From a virus (Duplodnaviria; Caudoviricetes), in the IMG/VR virus record IMGVR_UViG_3300017754_001200, positions 1-26,982 of that record: 26,982 bases of DNA, one strand, 5' to 3'. This document shows, in pieces, positions 8,473 through 17,431 of the stretch. A program made the position numbers and the translations under genes. Position 1 is the first letter of the stretch, and every line of letters starts with the position of its first letter. The notes under the pieces are model-generated. The model made no database searches and had not been told where the DNA came from. It saw only the letters and a program-made list of their open reading frames with translations.

Positions 8473-8490
8473 TATAATATAAGCAAATTT
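8473..8490 (-). promoter_or_regulatory. Putative late promoter AAATTTGCTTATATTATA
   Basis: + strand TATAATATAAGCAAATTT in the portal-scaffold gap. Near-identical to 22590-22606 and 25235-25250. Confidence 0.65.
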
Positions 8491-8550
8491 ATCTAAATAA
8501 ACATTTAAAGTTTAGGTAGCCATTACAAATTTTCCATTAGATAGCTAACT

Positions 8551-11325
8551 TTACTTTTTCTTGTTATTATTTTGTTTAGATTTTGCAATATCATACTTGT
8601 TTTTGTTCTCTTTAGCTATCTGTAAATCAGTAGTTTTCATATCCTTCTGAGCCTGAATCTTTTCTCTTTCAATAGCTAGTTTTTCTCTAGCAGTCATTTC
8701 TTTATGAGATTGAACTTGTTGTTTTAAACCCATAACCTGTTGAAATTCATCAGATTTACGGATAGTATCCATTTGATCTGCATAATCAGACTGGAGATTC
8801 TGGTTGATATCTTGCATAGAACCATAACCTGCTGCTTTGATTTCAGCTTCAAGAAGTTTAACTCTGCGGTCTTTCTCTTTCTCCATAGCCTCATGATCAA
8901 GCTCAAGCTGTTTTTCTTTTGCTCTTTGCTCAAGTTCAGCTTGTTGCATTTGTTGCTCATGCTGCATTTGCTCTTGTCTTTGTTGATTGGCTTTTTCTTC
9001 AATCTTCTTAAGACTATGAGTAAGCTCAGCCATGGATTCTGCAGTCATGATATTACCAAGGTCATAAATACTAGCGCCTGCTGTATTATTAGAAAGGGCC
9101 AGATTTTTCATGTTATCTACCATAGCTCTATGATTGGCTTTAGTAGTACAGAATACATTGATATCTCTAAGTAATAGATCAGTACCATTGATTTCAAAGT
9201 TTACCTTTTCATCAAGAGTAGACATGTACTGAAGTCTTAGCGAAGGCTTTTTAGAATGATAATACTGAGAAAGATCAGTTCTCATTTGGTGAACTCTAGG
9301 CATCAAATAATCAGAGTGTTGTACAAAGTACATTTCTGTTTGTGCATAGGATCCAGCAACAGCTTGCTCTATACCGGTAGCAGTATTAGTTTGACCAATT
9401 TGCTGACCAAGTCTTTGTGGAGTAATACCAATTACTTCAAAGCACTGTTGCTTAAAGTAGTTAGCTAAATTAATCCTAGACATCATACGCTGAGTCTGTT
9501 CCAGATTCATTACCTGAAAATGCTGAAATGCAAGTGGATTTTCAGTATTGGTAATAGATGTATCCAATGGAAGCATCTGAAAGTTCTTCATTGCTACATA
9601 TGCCTTGGCCAGGTTATTCTTACCCCAATCTTCACCTAAAGAGTGTCTAGGTAAAGCATTCTGATCAAGTAGGATTACAGTACCTAATTCATCTACTAGG
9701 ATATCAGCAATCTGGTTATTTACAATGTTATAACCAATTTGGAAAGGTTTCATAAGGTCCACCATAGCGGTAGATCTTGTATTTCTATCAGAGAATACTG
9801 AACCCTCTACTGGTAGTTTACAACCATAAAGAGTATTATCACCTTTAAATTGGAACTTGAGCTTACCTATTCGGTTTTGATCAACTCCAAGATACATAGG
9901 ATTAATACCTCCCGGGTTATTCATTCCCCAGAAGGATGGGTGGTTAGGACCAATTTTAACACCTCCCCAAACTTCATTGATCCAGATCCACTCAATATGC
10001 TCTCCGAAAATAAGATTGTCTTTAGTCTTATTTTTAAACAATGCTGTATTATAGATAGGCTTATCAATTACTTTGTAATCCTCATCTACTATATCAACCA
10101 ATATTTCACCTGATTCACTTACTTTAGTAAGGTGTCCTACTTTACGCTGTGATTTCCAATATGCTGTGGTAGTTCTGAGCATGAATGCCATACCCATGTC
10201 CTTATAATCCTCAGACTCACCCATTACCCAGTTAACAATATCTCCACCATTATAGATGAAGTTATCATACATGGATACAAATTGTCTGTACTGTAGAGAA
10301 GGCATGTTTGTATTCCAATCATGACCTTTAGTAGCATCATAGTAGCTACCATCATTTTGATATCCTTGGAGTGGATAACCTGCAGATCTTACCGGGTAAA
10401 TAGCTTCAAGTGATTCAAGTTGCTCTTGAGTCATTAGATAACCATATCTATCAATAACATCAGCAACAGTCATCATCTCTACTTTACCAACCCAGTTACC
10501 TTGAGAAATATATCTTACTTCTGGAGACTTATGGTAGAATGTCATTACAGGATTCCATAACTCAATATCATAGTCATCCTCCATCATTCTGAAATGCCAG
10601 AATTCTCTATCAGTAATAAGCATGTCTCTAAATGCTCTCTCCTCCAACTCATCCATCTTAAAGCGCTCTTCATCAACTTTGAACTGATGTTGAGCCCACT
10701 GCTCTCCCATAGATCTATAATCTTTACTAAAGAAATCATGGATTTCAGGTAAAGTCTTAAGATTTTCTGGAGACAATTGTTGTTTCATTTGTTCTTGAAC
10801 CTGTGGATCATTAGGATCAAGCCCCATTTCAATCATGTTATTAAGAAGCTTTTGTTGAGCTTGAGACATCAAGACCTCTTCAATAGCTTGTCTTTTTTGC
10901 TCCATGAGTTCATTATAAGAGAACTCATCTACTGCTTTAAAGGTAACTTTAGTGTTGCGCTTAGCAAACTCAGCTACCATGACATTAACAACATTTGGAA
11001 TAATAGGGTAGAATTTCAATTCTAAAGCACTTGTATCTTCTTGGGTAAGTGTTTCAAGAAGATCTCTATTCTCATTATCTTCAGAGATAAGATAGTCTGT
11101 TTTATCTATAACACCTTTTGCAAGCTTATAGTTCTTCATGAGTCTTCTAGCATTTCTTCTGATTTGCTTAAGACCTTGCCATTCTAACCAGTCTAAATTC
11201 CAAGCAGTCCAATCATCATCTTTTTCTTTTCTAGGGAGAAATTGAATAGGCTGTGTTATTGAGCCCATGCGGTTATACTCCGCTTTAGCTCCAGCCTTCA
11301 TCTGCATTGCATTTAATACTTTCAT
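8551..11325 (-). CDS. Portal protein
   Basis: 924 aa directly after TerL. Motifs LKFYPIIPNVVNV..EF, WINEVWGGVKIG, CKLPV.G and GITPQRLGQ, plus a long C-terminal coiled coil, as in crAss-like portals. Confidence 0.88.
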   Translation of the reverse strand: MKVLNAMQMKAGAKAEYNRMGSITQPIQFLPRKEKDDDWTAWNLDWLEWQGLKQIRRNARRLMKNYKLAKGVIDKTDYLISEDNENRDLLETLTQEDTSALELKFYPIIPNVVNVMVAEFAKRNTKVTFKAVDEFSYNELMEQKRQAIEEVLMSQAQQKLLNNMIEMGLDPNDPQVQEQMKQQLSPENLKTLPEIHDFFSKDYRSMGEQWAQHQFKVDEERFKMDELEERAFRDMLITDREFWHFRMMEDDYDIELWNPVMTFYHKSPEVRYISQGNWVGKVEMMTVADVIDRYGYLMTQEQLESLEAIYPVRSAGYPLQGYQNDGSYYDATKGHDWNTNMPSLQYRQFVSMYDNFIYNGGDIVNWVMGESEDYKDMGMAFMLRTTTAYWKSQRKVGHLTKVSESGEILVDIVDEDYKVIDKPIYNTALFKNKTKDNLIFGEHIEWIWINEVWGGVKIGPNHPSFWGMNNPGGINPMYLGVDQNRIGKLKFQFKGDNTLYGCKLPVEGSVFSDRNTRSTAMVDLMKPFQIGYNIVNNQIADILVDELGTVILLDQNALPRHSLGEDWGKNNLAKAYVAMKNFQMLPLDTSITNTENPLAFQHFQVMNLEQTQRMMSRINLANYFKQQCFEVIGITPQRLGQQIGQTNTATGIEQAVAGSYAQTEMYFVQHSDYLMPRVHQMRTDLSQYYHSKKPSLRLQYMSTLDEKVNFEINGTDLLLRDINVFCTTKANHRAMVDNMKNLALSNNTAGASIYDLGNIMTAESMAELTHSLKKIEEKANQQRQEQMQHEQQMQQAELEQRAKEKQLELDHEAMEKEKDRRVKLLEAEIKAAGYGSMQDINQNLQSDYADQMDTIRKSDEFQQVMGLKQQVQSHKEMTAREKLAIEREKIQAQKDMKTTDLQIAKENKNKYDIAKSKQNNNKKK

Positions 11326-11326
11326 C

Positions 11327-13522
11327 TTATCTCATGTTTTTAAATGGGGATTTAGGAAAGCTCATTCCTGGAACTTTCCTTGTTTTTCCCATGTGCCTAA
11401 AAGGGCTTGTATTTAATTTATACAAATTATCAGACTTTTGCAAGTTATTGGTATTCACTTGGTCTACTCGTTTTTTAAAACCTCTATTAGCTTGCTGAAC
11501 CTTAGCAAAAGAGATTAATGCTGCTAAAGATACTAATCTATCCACGTTTACATCATCATCATAAGCTATCATTTCAACGAAAGCCATCATATCTGGGATT
11601 CTTTCTACCCCATAAATAGTCTTAACTATGGTGCCATCATCTTTAGTTTCATGATCTATCTCCTCTTTTAGGTACTCAATCAGGTAACTAAGCATATGAT
11701 TTTTAAAGAGTGTACCAGTGTTTTTCCAACCATACTCCTGGAAGACATTAGTATTAGAGCCCAAATCTTTGAGGAATAAAACCTGACTCTTAGGTACAAG
11801 ATACTTTTGTTTCTTCCTCTGTATCATGTAGTTAATAAAGTGGGATATGTTACTTTCTACTATAGTCCATGCATTATACCACTCTATGATAAGCTCTAGT
11901 CTTTCATGGGTTTTATTGATATCATCAAATCTACCACACCAGGCCGCAACTATTTTATCTTGTTCAGTATAGTTAGTAGTTTCTCCTTTATCTATACGAG
12001 TTACCTCAACCGGATTTTTGTATACATATATGGAACACAGTGATTCTGAGGTAGTTGTCTTTCCTTCACCAACCGGGTCAATAGATGCATAATAGGTACC
12101 CCATTCTGAATTAGGCTGAGGTCTTTCCCAAACTACTAGAACTCCTGTTTTATCCTCAGTATTCTTAGTAATAGGAAACTCACTAATAGGTAGCTTGTTT
12201 GTAAGTTTAGGTTCTATCTTACCGGTAACATCTCTTTCAAGATTTATGAATTCATAAGGATATTCTTTTTCCTCAATCCTTCTTTTTTGAGCAGATACTA
12301 AACTTAATGGGAATTTAGATACTTTTCTAAAGGCAAATGCTTCAGCTATATTCTTTGGATGCTGAGATATACGCAACTGATATTGCTCAGGTGTAAGATC
12401 CTTTTTCCACTTAATTCTTTGATTATCAATAGCTTCATTAGATTCTTTTACTAATGAATTACCATACTGATCAATAAATGGAGGCATGGACCACTGCTCT
12501 GGAATAAAGAGTCCTGTTTTACCTATTGTACCTTTATCATCTAGAAGATCAGATTCAACTGAATAAATACTATTAGCATCTGGATAAAGGATCATTTGCT
12601 TAAGAGGCTGACATTGATCCAAGTCACCCACAGATCCCGCAGCAACAAATAATCCAGTGGTAAGCATACCTGATGACATAGCTGGAAATAAGAATTCCAC
12701 AGTAACATCCATCTTTGGTGCAATACCTGCCTCTTCATGAAAGAAGAAAGTACATGGTCCCCCTACTCCGGAAGTAGGATCTTTTTCAAAAGTAACTCCT
12801 TGAAGTACACCTTTGAGACCTCGCATGCTTTTTCTACCACCTATTACTTGTTCAATTTGCTGTTGCCACAAAAGAACTTTACCCGGATTCATTGGTCTAT
12901 ACCAAGCAGTATGTAAATCTAGGAATGACTTATACTCATTAAGAAATTTCCAGGATCCTTTTTCATTGATATAATCTTTAAGGCTGGCACCCATCTTTAC
13001 AATAGGTGTCTCTTCAAACCATATAAGATTAATCATCTTAGCACAGTGAAAATAAGATGATGCTATTTGTCGCTTTTTGAGGATAGCTGCATGTTGATAG
13101 TTGAGTTCTGCCAAGAGCTCATACAATGCCATGTGATACTGGGCATCTCTGACAGTTGGAAAGTCAAACTTTCTTTTTTCTTTGTCGTTAATTGGTAAGA
13201 AATTGAGCCACATATAGTATTCTCGTGGAAGGTACCATGTGTGTTTACCATCTTTAAAGATTGCTCCATATCTACATTTTTCTTTTTCTTCATCCCAATA
13301 TTTTCTATAGTCTTTACTACCCATTGGAGAAGCGCAGTAATAATTCTGTTCTCTGAATTTCTGAGCTTCTGTATTAAAGAATAAAGAAGTTTCATTAAAC
13401 TCGTATTTACCGGGTTCTTTGAATAGAGATAATACAAAAGCTTTGTACTCATCTCGAGTATCAAATTCAGTGTATTCCCAAACTCCTTTATTCCAAGTAG
13501 GTATTTTAATATAACTAGCCAT
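11327..13522 (-). CDS. terL: Terminase large subunit
   Basis: Walker A-like ILKKRQIASSY, Walker B FFFHEEAG, coupling motif AGSVG, RNase H-like ASIDPVG and C-terminal NVDRLVS. Confidence 0.92.
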   Translation of the reverse strand: MASYIKIPTWNKGVWEYTEFDTRDEYKAFVLSLFKEPGKYEFNETSLFFNTEAQKFREQNYYCASPMGSKDYRKYWDEEKEKCRYGAIFKDGKHTWYLPREYYMWLNFLPINDKEKRKFDFPTVRDAQYHMALYELLAELNYQHAAILKKRQIASSYFHCAKMINLIWFEETPIVKMGASLKDYINEKGSWKFLNEYKSFLDLHTAWYRPMNPGKVLLWQQQIEQVIGGRKSMRGLKGVLQGVTFEKDPTSGVGGPCTFFFHEEAGIAPKMDVTVEFLFPAMSSGMLTTGLFVAAGSVGDLDQCQPLKQMILYPDANSIYSVESDLLDDKGTIGKTGLFIPEQWSMPPFIDQYGNSLVKESNEAIDNQRIKWKKDLTPEQYQLRISQHPKNIAEAFAFRKVSKFPLSLVSAQKRRIEEKEYPYEFINLERDVTGKIEPKLTNKLPISEFPITKNTEDKTGVLVVWERPQPNSEWGTYYASIDPVGEGKTTTSESLCSIYVYKNPVEVTRIDKGETTNYTEQDKIVAAWCGRFDDINKTHERLELIIEWYNAWTIVESNISHFINYMIQRKKQKYLVPKSQVLFLKDLGSNTNVFQEYGWKNTGTLFKNHMLSYLIEYLKEEIDHETKDDGTIVKTIYGVERIPDMMAFVEMIAYDDDVNVDRLVSLAALISFAKVQQANRGFKKRVDQVNTNNLQKSDNLYKLNTSPFRHMGKTRKVPGMSFPKSPFKNMR

Positions 13523-13724
13523 TAATCAGTTTCTTGATTTTCTTTGGATCACCTTCACCTTTACTAATTAACTCTAATAGAGTAGCATGTTTATTTGACT
13601 GCAGTAAAGATTGGGGCTTTTCTCCATTAAAATAAGACACCATATCTTGTCTATAGAAAGCAGACCAAACTTCTGTATAAGGGTTGTAATGAAACAACCA
13701 ATCATTCATGAATTCTTTTTTCAT
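13515..13724 (-). CDS. Hypothetical protein
   Basis: 69 aa (WLFHYNPYTEVWSAF). Overlaps the terL start by 8 nt. Confidence 0.7.
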   Translation of the reverse strand: MKKEFMNDWLFHYNPYTEVWSAFYRQDMVSYFNGEKPQSLLQSNKHATLLELISKGEGDPKKIKKLING

Positions 13725-13729
13725 TGGTT

Positions 13730-14248
13730 TTACATTTGATCATAAGCAAGACCTGCACCGCCTCGCACATGAGATTGTTGTTCTTCTTTTAAATCTTTAT
13801 AAGCACCTTTGAATGAAGCTCTAATGCCATCAAAGTTTTTAGCTGCAGCAACAAGTGAGTTGATGTTACCATCTCTACCATGTGTAATAGGAGTGTTTTC
13901 CATGTAAACAGCTAATCTATCTAGCATAGACTTTAAACCTTTGTAAGCTCTAGATGTAGGTGTTTCATACATCTTATCACACTTATTTAGCGCTACTACA
14001 ATTAAGTCATCATCGGTGGAGAAATCTGCTTCAATATCTTCTAGGATAATTTCCTCCTTTTCTACCTCACTCATATGAAAGTAAGGATTAAAATCTGGAT
14101 TAGGACAAGTCATATAAAAAAGATACTTATAGATCTTTACATAGTTGTCTGGATACTTATCCATAATATCTTTTAAAAACTTCAAAGCATAACAGTGCTC
14201 TGTAGCTTTAATCTCTCCATTCTCTATATCAAATAGTCTTGTCGTCAT
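13730..14248 (-). CDS. Conserved helical protein, terminase small subunit candidate
   Basis: 172 aa, helical, with a C-terminal coiled coil ending VRGGAGLAYDQM. Two genes upstream of terL. The function is a positional inference. Confidence 0.5.
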   Translation of the reverse strand: MTTRLFDIENGEIKATEHCYALKFLKDIMDKYPDNYVKIYKYLFYMTCPNPDFNPYFHMSEVEKEEIILEDIEADFSTDDDLIVVALNKCDKMYETPTSRAYKGLKSMLDRLAVYMENTPITHGRDGNINSLVAAAKNFDGIRASFKGAYKDLKEEQQSHVRGGAGLAYDQM

Positions 14249-14405
14249 TTTTCTTTTTTATAAGGTCACTTAATATTTTTGCTGTACTGCATTTATCTTC
14301 TTTAGGATACATAGATTTTTCAGCATCTTTCTGTACTTGTTCCAATACTTTTTTTTCTTGGCTACTTACCCATGTATTCCTATGTTGGTATTCATCATTA
14401 CTCAT
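14229..14405 (-). CDS. 58-aa hypothetical protein missed by the ORF track
   Basis: Reads MSNDEYQHRNTWVSSQEKKVLEQVQKDAEKSMYPKEDKCSTAKILSDLIKKKNDDKTI*. ATGA overlap with the nuclease stop; fills the operon gap. Confidence 0.65.
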   Translation of the reverse strand: MSNDEYQHRNTWVSSQEKKVLEQVQKDAEKSMYPKEDKCSTAKILSDLIKKKNDDKTI

Positions 14406-15220
14406 TTCTTATTTTCTTTTAACCAGTTAATCATTGCAATTACTTCAGTCTTTAAATAAGGTACTTCATAGGGTATAACATCCTTTACTATTGGATTACC
14501 ATCTTGATCTTTTTTAGCAATGGGATTACCATATTTATCTTTAGACTCTTCTTCAAATGTAATATGATGAAGAGTAAGTTTACCTGGTTTATACTGAGGA
14601 TTATGCTTTAGTATAATATACAGATAAGTACTTAATTGTAGAGCATAATGATTGAGATTGCAATCATCCATATGTGAACAAGGGCCACTCATTTTTTGAG
14701 ATAGCCCTTCCCAGTTCTTGTATGACTCTGTCTTGATTTCCTTGTTGGTTTTGTAATCAATAATATTGACAGTGTTTTTGATAACTTCTACAAGATCTGA
14801 TTGTCCACATAGGCCGGCTGATTTAAGATATACTAAATGTTCAGGATAAATTCCTTCAGTAAGCTTTTGCTCAGGTGCAAACTTTACACCATCTTGAATA
14901 ATAGGTTTTATAACAGGTATTGCAATACCTTGTCTTTCTATAGTATCTATACCTGTAATATCAGCTTCTCTTTGGTTATGATACCAAGTACCCAAATCAG
15001 TTGCTCTCTTAGCCTCAGCATTCCATATTTCCTGAATTTCTTCTGGAGGAATACCAAACCATTTTGATTTTTTATTCTTAGATACTTTGGCTGCTACTTT
15101 AGCAGCATCAAACTTATCTTTAAATAAACTAACAAACGTAGTTACACCAGTCCATTCTATTTGTTCATTTGGATCAAGACTTGTGTAGGAGTGAGTTTCT
15201 GATTTGAATATGAGTGTCAT
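14402..15220 (-). CDS. PD-(D/E)xK nuclease (RecB/Cas4-like exonuclease family)
   Basis: Motifs GVTTFV, GTWYH, GQSDLVE...IIDYKTNK and HYALQLSTY. Confidence 0.85.
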   Translation of the reverse strand: MTLIFKSETHSYTSLDPNEQIEWTGVTTFVSLFKDKFDAAKVAAKVSKNKKSKWFGIPPEEIQEIWNAEAKRATDLGTWYHNQREADITGIDTIERQGIAIPVIKPIIQDGVKFAPEQKLTEGIYPEHLVYLKSAGLCGQSDLVEVIKNTVNIIDYKTNKEIKTESYKNWEGLSQKMSGPCSHMDDCNLNHYALQLSTYLYIILKHNPQYKPGKLTLHHITFEEESKDKYGNPIAKKDQDGNPIVKDVIPYEVPYLKTEVIAMINWLKENKK

Positions 15221-15231
15221 TTGATTTGGTA

Positions 15232-15546
15232 TTAGATTCCTAATTTAGCATTGAGTTTATCTTCTTCATCTTCAGTAAGGTAAGCATCCCATTTAGGTCC
15301 TTTAGGATGAGGACACTCTGATGAAAGAGATCTGGTTTTAAATTCTAAGCTACATCCACATTCTCCACAACAAGGCTTAGTTCCAGGTACTAAACATTTA
15401 TCACCTTTAAGATCAATCAATTCACATTTATCACAGATTGATTGTCTTCCTGCAGCAATAACTTCTACATGTTCTTTTTTAAAGAGACTGTTCTGAATCC
15501 CCTCCAGAATTAGGGCTTTGTCCTTCCAAATTTTTTTGATATTCAT
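15232..15546 (-). CDS. Cys-rich zinc-finger protein
   Basis: R..ICDKC...C.....PCCGECGC.L..K.RS.SSECP...W. Confidence 0.75.
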   Translation of the reverse strand: MNIKKIWKDKALILEGIQNSLFKKEHVEVIAAGRQSICDKCELIDLKGDKCLVPGTKPCCGECGCSLEFKTRSLSSECPHPKGPKWDAYLTEDEEDKLNAKLGI

Positions 15547-15901
15547 TTTTCTTGGTTTTTGATTGTTCTCTTTTCATCTCTTGTATATCCAACATAAGTT
15601 GCATATTAACAAGTCTATCAAGTCTATTTTCAATACTCTTGAGTCTTGCAAACCCACCAAATTTTTTAGGATTTACATATTTCTGAAGACTGACATGTTC
15701 TTCTGTAAATTCTTTTAATTTGATAGGTCTTATACTCATTTCTCCCAACCCTTCAAGAACTATTGTTGGAAATTCTAGTTTTGTTAAAGATTTCCTTATT
15801 CTACTCCAGTAGAAAGAGGTTATATCATTAACAAGATCAGAATTAACATTCAGCTCTTTAGCTGTTGTTTCTACTATTGTTTTAGACTTTTTCGGGTTCA
15901 A
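15479..15901 (-). CDS. HU/IHF-like DNA-binding protein
   Basis: Two helices (IVETTAKELNV..DLVNDITSFYW..IRKSL) followed by IVLEGLGEMSIR, matching the HU/IHF l.GFG.F strand. IHF homologues are typical of crAss-like late modules. Confidence 0.65.
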   Translation of the reverse strand: MNPKKSKTIVETTAKELNVNSDLVNDITSFYWSRIRKSLTKLEFPTIVLEGLGEMSIRPIKLKEFTEEHVSLQKYVNPKKFGGFARLKSIENRLDRLVNMQLMLDIQEMKREQSKTKKNEYQKNLEGQSPNSGGDSEQSL

Positions 15902-16292
15902 GATGCACTATTTTATAATCAAGAACTATGTTACCTTTAGTCTGAATCTTTAAAGAATCTGCTAAATAGATTTTTTTTCTATTCTTTCCCTCTTTAGTAA
16001 TAAGCCCCATTTTTTCAAGTTTAGTCAAACAGTTTCTCACTGTCTGAGGATTCTTGAATATATGGGACTTATGTTCTAAAGATGGTTCTTTATCTCTCTG
16101 ATCATCAGCACAAGAAGCATTGCAAAAATCTGCAAGTTCAGCTTCTTGGTTAATGCCCAGTAGAGTCAAGCAATTAAGCTCAGATTCTGATAAAGATAAA
16201 CCTTGAATATAGCAATGAGTAACAAGCTGGAATTTAAGTACATTCCATTTGTCCATTTGAACACGCTTTGATACAAGATTTACCTTGGCCAT
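15882..16292 (-). CDS. Winged-helix DNA-binding protein
   Basis: LSESELNCLTLL ... PQTVRNCLTKLEKMGLITKEGKNRKKIYL, a MarR-like wHTH signature. Confidence 0.7.
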   Translation of the reverse strand: MAKVNLVSKRVQMDKWNVLKFQLVTHCYIQGLSLSESELNCLTLLGINQEAELADFCNASCADDQRDKEPSLEHKSHIFKNPQTVRNCLTKLEKMGLITKEGKNRKKIYLADSLKIQTKGNIVLDYKIVHLEPEKV

Positions 16293-16294
16293 AA

Positions 16295-16585
16295 TTACTC
16301 TTGAGTTTTAAGTTTTCTTTCTTTCTTAAATTGAGCCATTTCTTGCTGAGCTTGTGTAGCTTCTGGATCTTCTTTAGGTCCGGCCATAACTTGTGCAATT
16401 CTCATAGAAGCTACAAGTCTTTTAAGTCTAGCTTCTTCTAAATCTGCAGCTAAGCTTTCTGCTTTAAGCTGCAGTTCAAGCATAGGAATCTGGTCATTGT
16501 AGTAAGCAGTCATGTTTTCTCTAAGAGCTTTAATTTGCTCTGGAGAAAGTTCTTCTTCTTGATTGTTAATGTTGTCTTGTGACAT
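16295..16585 (-). CDS. Hypothetical coiled-coil protein
   Basis: 96 aa and helical; first gene after the 16586-16718 intergenic region. Confidence 0.7.
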   Translation of the reverse strand: MSQDNINNQEEELSPEQIKALRENMTAYYNDQIPMLELQLKAESLAADLEEARLKRLVASMRIAQVMAGPKEDPEATQAQQEMAQFKKERKLKTQE

Positions 16586-16620
16586 ATTTATTTGGTTTTA
16601 AGTTAAACATTTAACAAATG

Positions 16621-16627
16621 TAATATA
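16621..16627 (-). promoter_or_regulatory. Putative late-promoter core (TATATTA), partial copy
   Basis: Intergenic, about 36 nt upstream of the ATG at 16585; same spacing as the copies at 423 and 8475. Confidence 0.45.
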
Positions 16628-16654
16628 AAATGTTTAAATATCAAATAGTTATAA

Positions 16655-16685
16655 ACTAAGAAACCTAGCCTTACGGGGCTAGGTT
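16655..16685 (-). terminator. Hairpin/terminator after the lipoprotein gene
   Basis: Minus strand AACCTAGCC-CCGTAA-GGCTAGGTT followed by TCTTAGTTT; perfect 9-bp stem. Confidence 0.7.
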
Positions 16686-16718
16686 CCGGGGAAAGGAGTA
16701 ACCGTAGAGGGAGGCAGG

Positions 16719-16907
16719 TTACTCAGAATTATTAATACTATCCATTATGATGTTATATCTTTCATAAGGAGGCTCCAGATAAATACATTCTGAATCCACC
16801 ATAATCACTATATAAGTTCCATCTATGTAAACCTCTGGTTCATAGTAAGTTATATAAGACTTACAACTTGTTAAACAGAGCACTAATATACTACAAATGA
16901 GCTTCAT
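16719..16907 (-). CDS. Small lipoprotein (o-spanin or exclusion candidate)
   Basis: MKLICSILVLCLTS-C is a signal peptide II with a lipobox. Overlaps the end of the SPFH gene. Confidence 0.6.
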   Translation of the reverse strand: MKLICSILVLCLTSCKSYITYYEPEVYIDGTYIVIMVDSECIYLEPPYERYNIIMDSINNSE

Positions 16908-17421
16908 TACTCTTAAAAATATTAAAAGATCGTGAAGATGTAATATCAGTGAGTCTTACATATTTTATGTGCACACCCCATTCTTTACACTCTCTTCTTA
17001 CAGAGATACTTATCTTATTATTTAGTTTCTCTAAACTTTCTACTAGCTCTTCCCAGGTATGAGTAAGTACTATATCAGAGATAACGCCGGTTGCTATATC
17101 AGATACTGTTTGAATAGGTACACTAGCATTAAGAAGAAAAGGTTTGATGTCTGATACAGTGTATAAGATCATCCCACTTATAGTAATGGTTTTATTGTCT
17201 TTTGTAATAAGCTTTTGAGATGGCATTTGAATAGTGTCATCTCCAATATAATGCTGAAGGATGTTGTCAATGAATGGAGCCTTAAATACTATGCCTGGTT
17301 CTAGTTCTTTATGGAACTTTCCCATTCTTAATCTTACTCCTTTTTCATTCTGATTGATAATCTTGAGAAACCATACATCAGACCAAATCTCAGCCAATAA
17401 CTCATACAGCTTATCAAACAT
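16891..17421 (-). CDS. SPFH/Band-7 (stomatin-like) protein
   Basis: IINQNEKGVRLRMGKFHKELEPGIVFKAPFID, Q.LITKDNKTITI and WGVHIKYVRLTDI are classic SPFH motifs. Confidence 0.85.
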   Translation of the reverse strand: MFDKLYELLAEIWSDVWFLKIINQNEKGVRLRMGKFHKELEPGIVFKAPFIDNILQHYIGDDTIQMPSQKLITKDNKTITISGMILYTVSDIKPFLLNASVPIQTVSDIATGVISDIVLTHTWEELVESLEKLNNKISISVRRECKEWGVHIKYVRLTDITSSRSFNIFKSNEAHL

Positions 17422-17431
17422 GACTCTAAGT

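Noticed and set aside
4159-13464. Minus-strand alternative-frame ORFs (4159..4362, 5470..5715, 5903..6259, 6698..6946, 8724..9002, 13063..13464)
   Set aside because: They are nested in conserved genes with no motifs or initiation context; 5470..5715 also runs through the MCP terminator.
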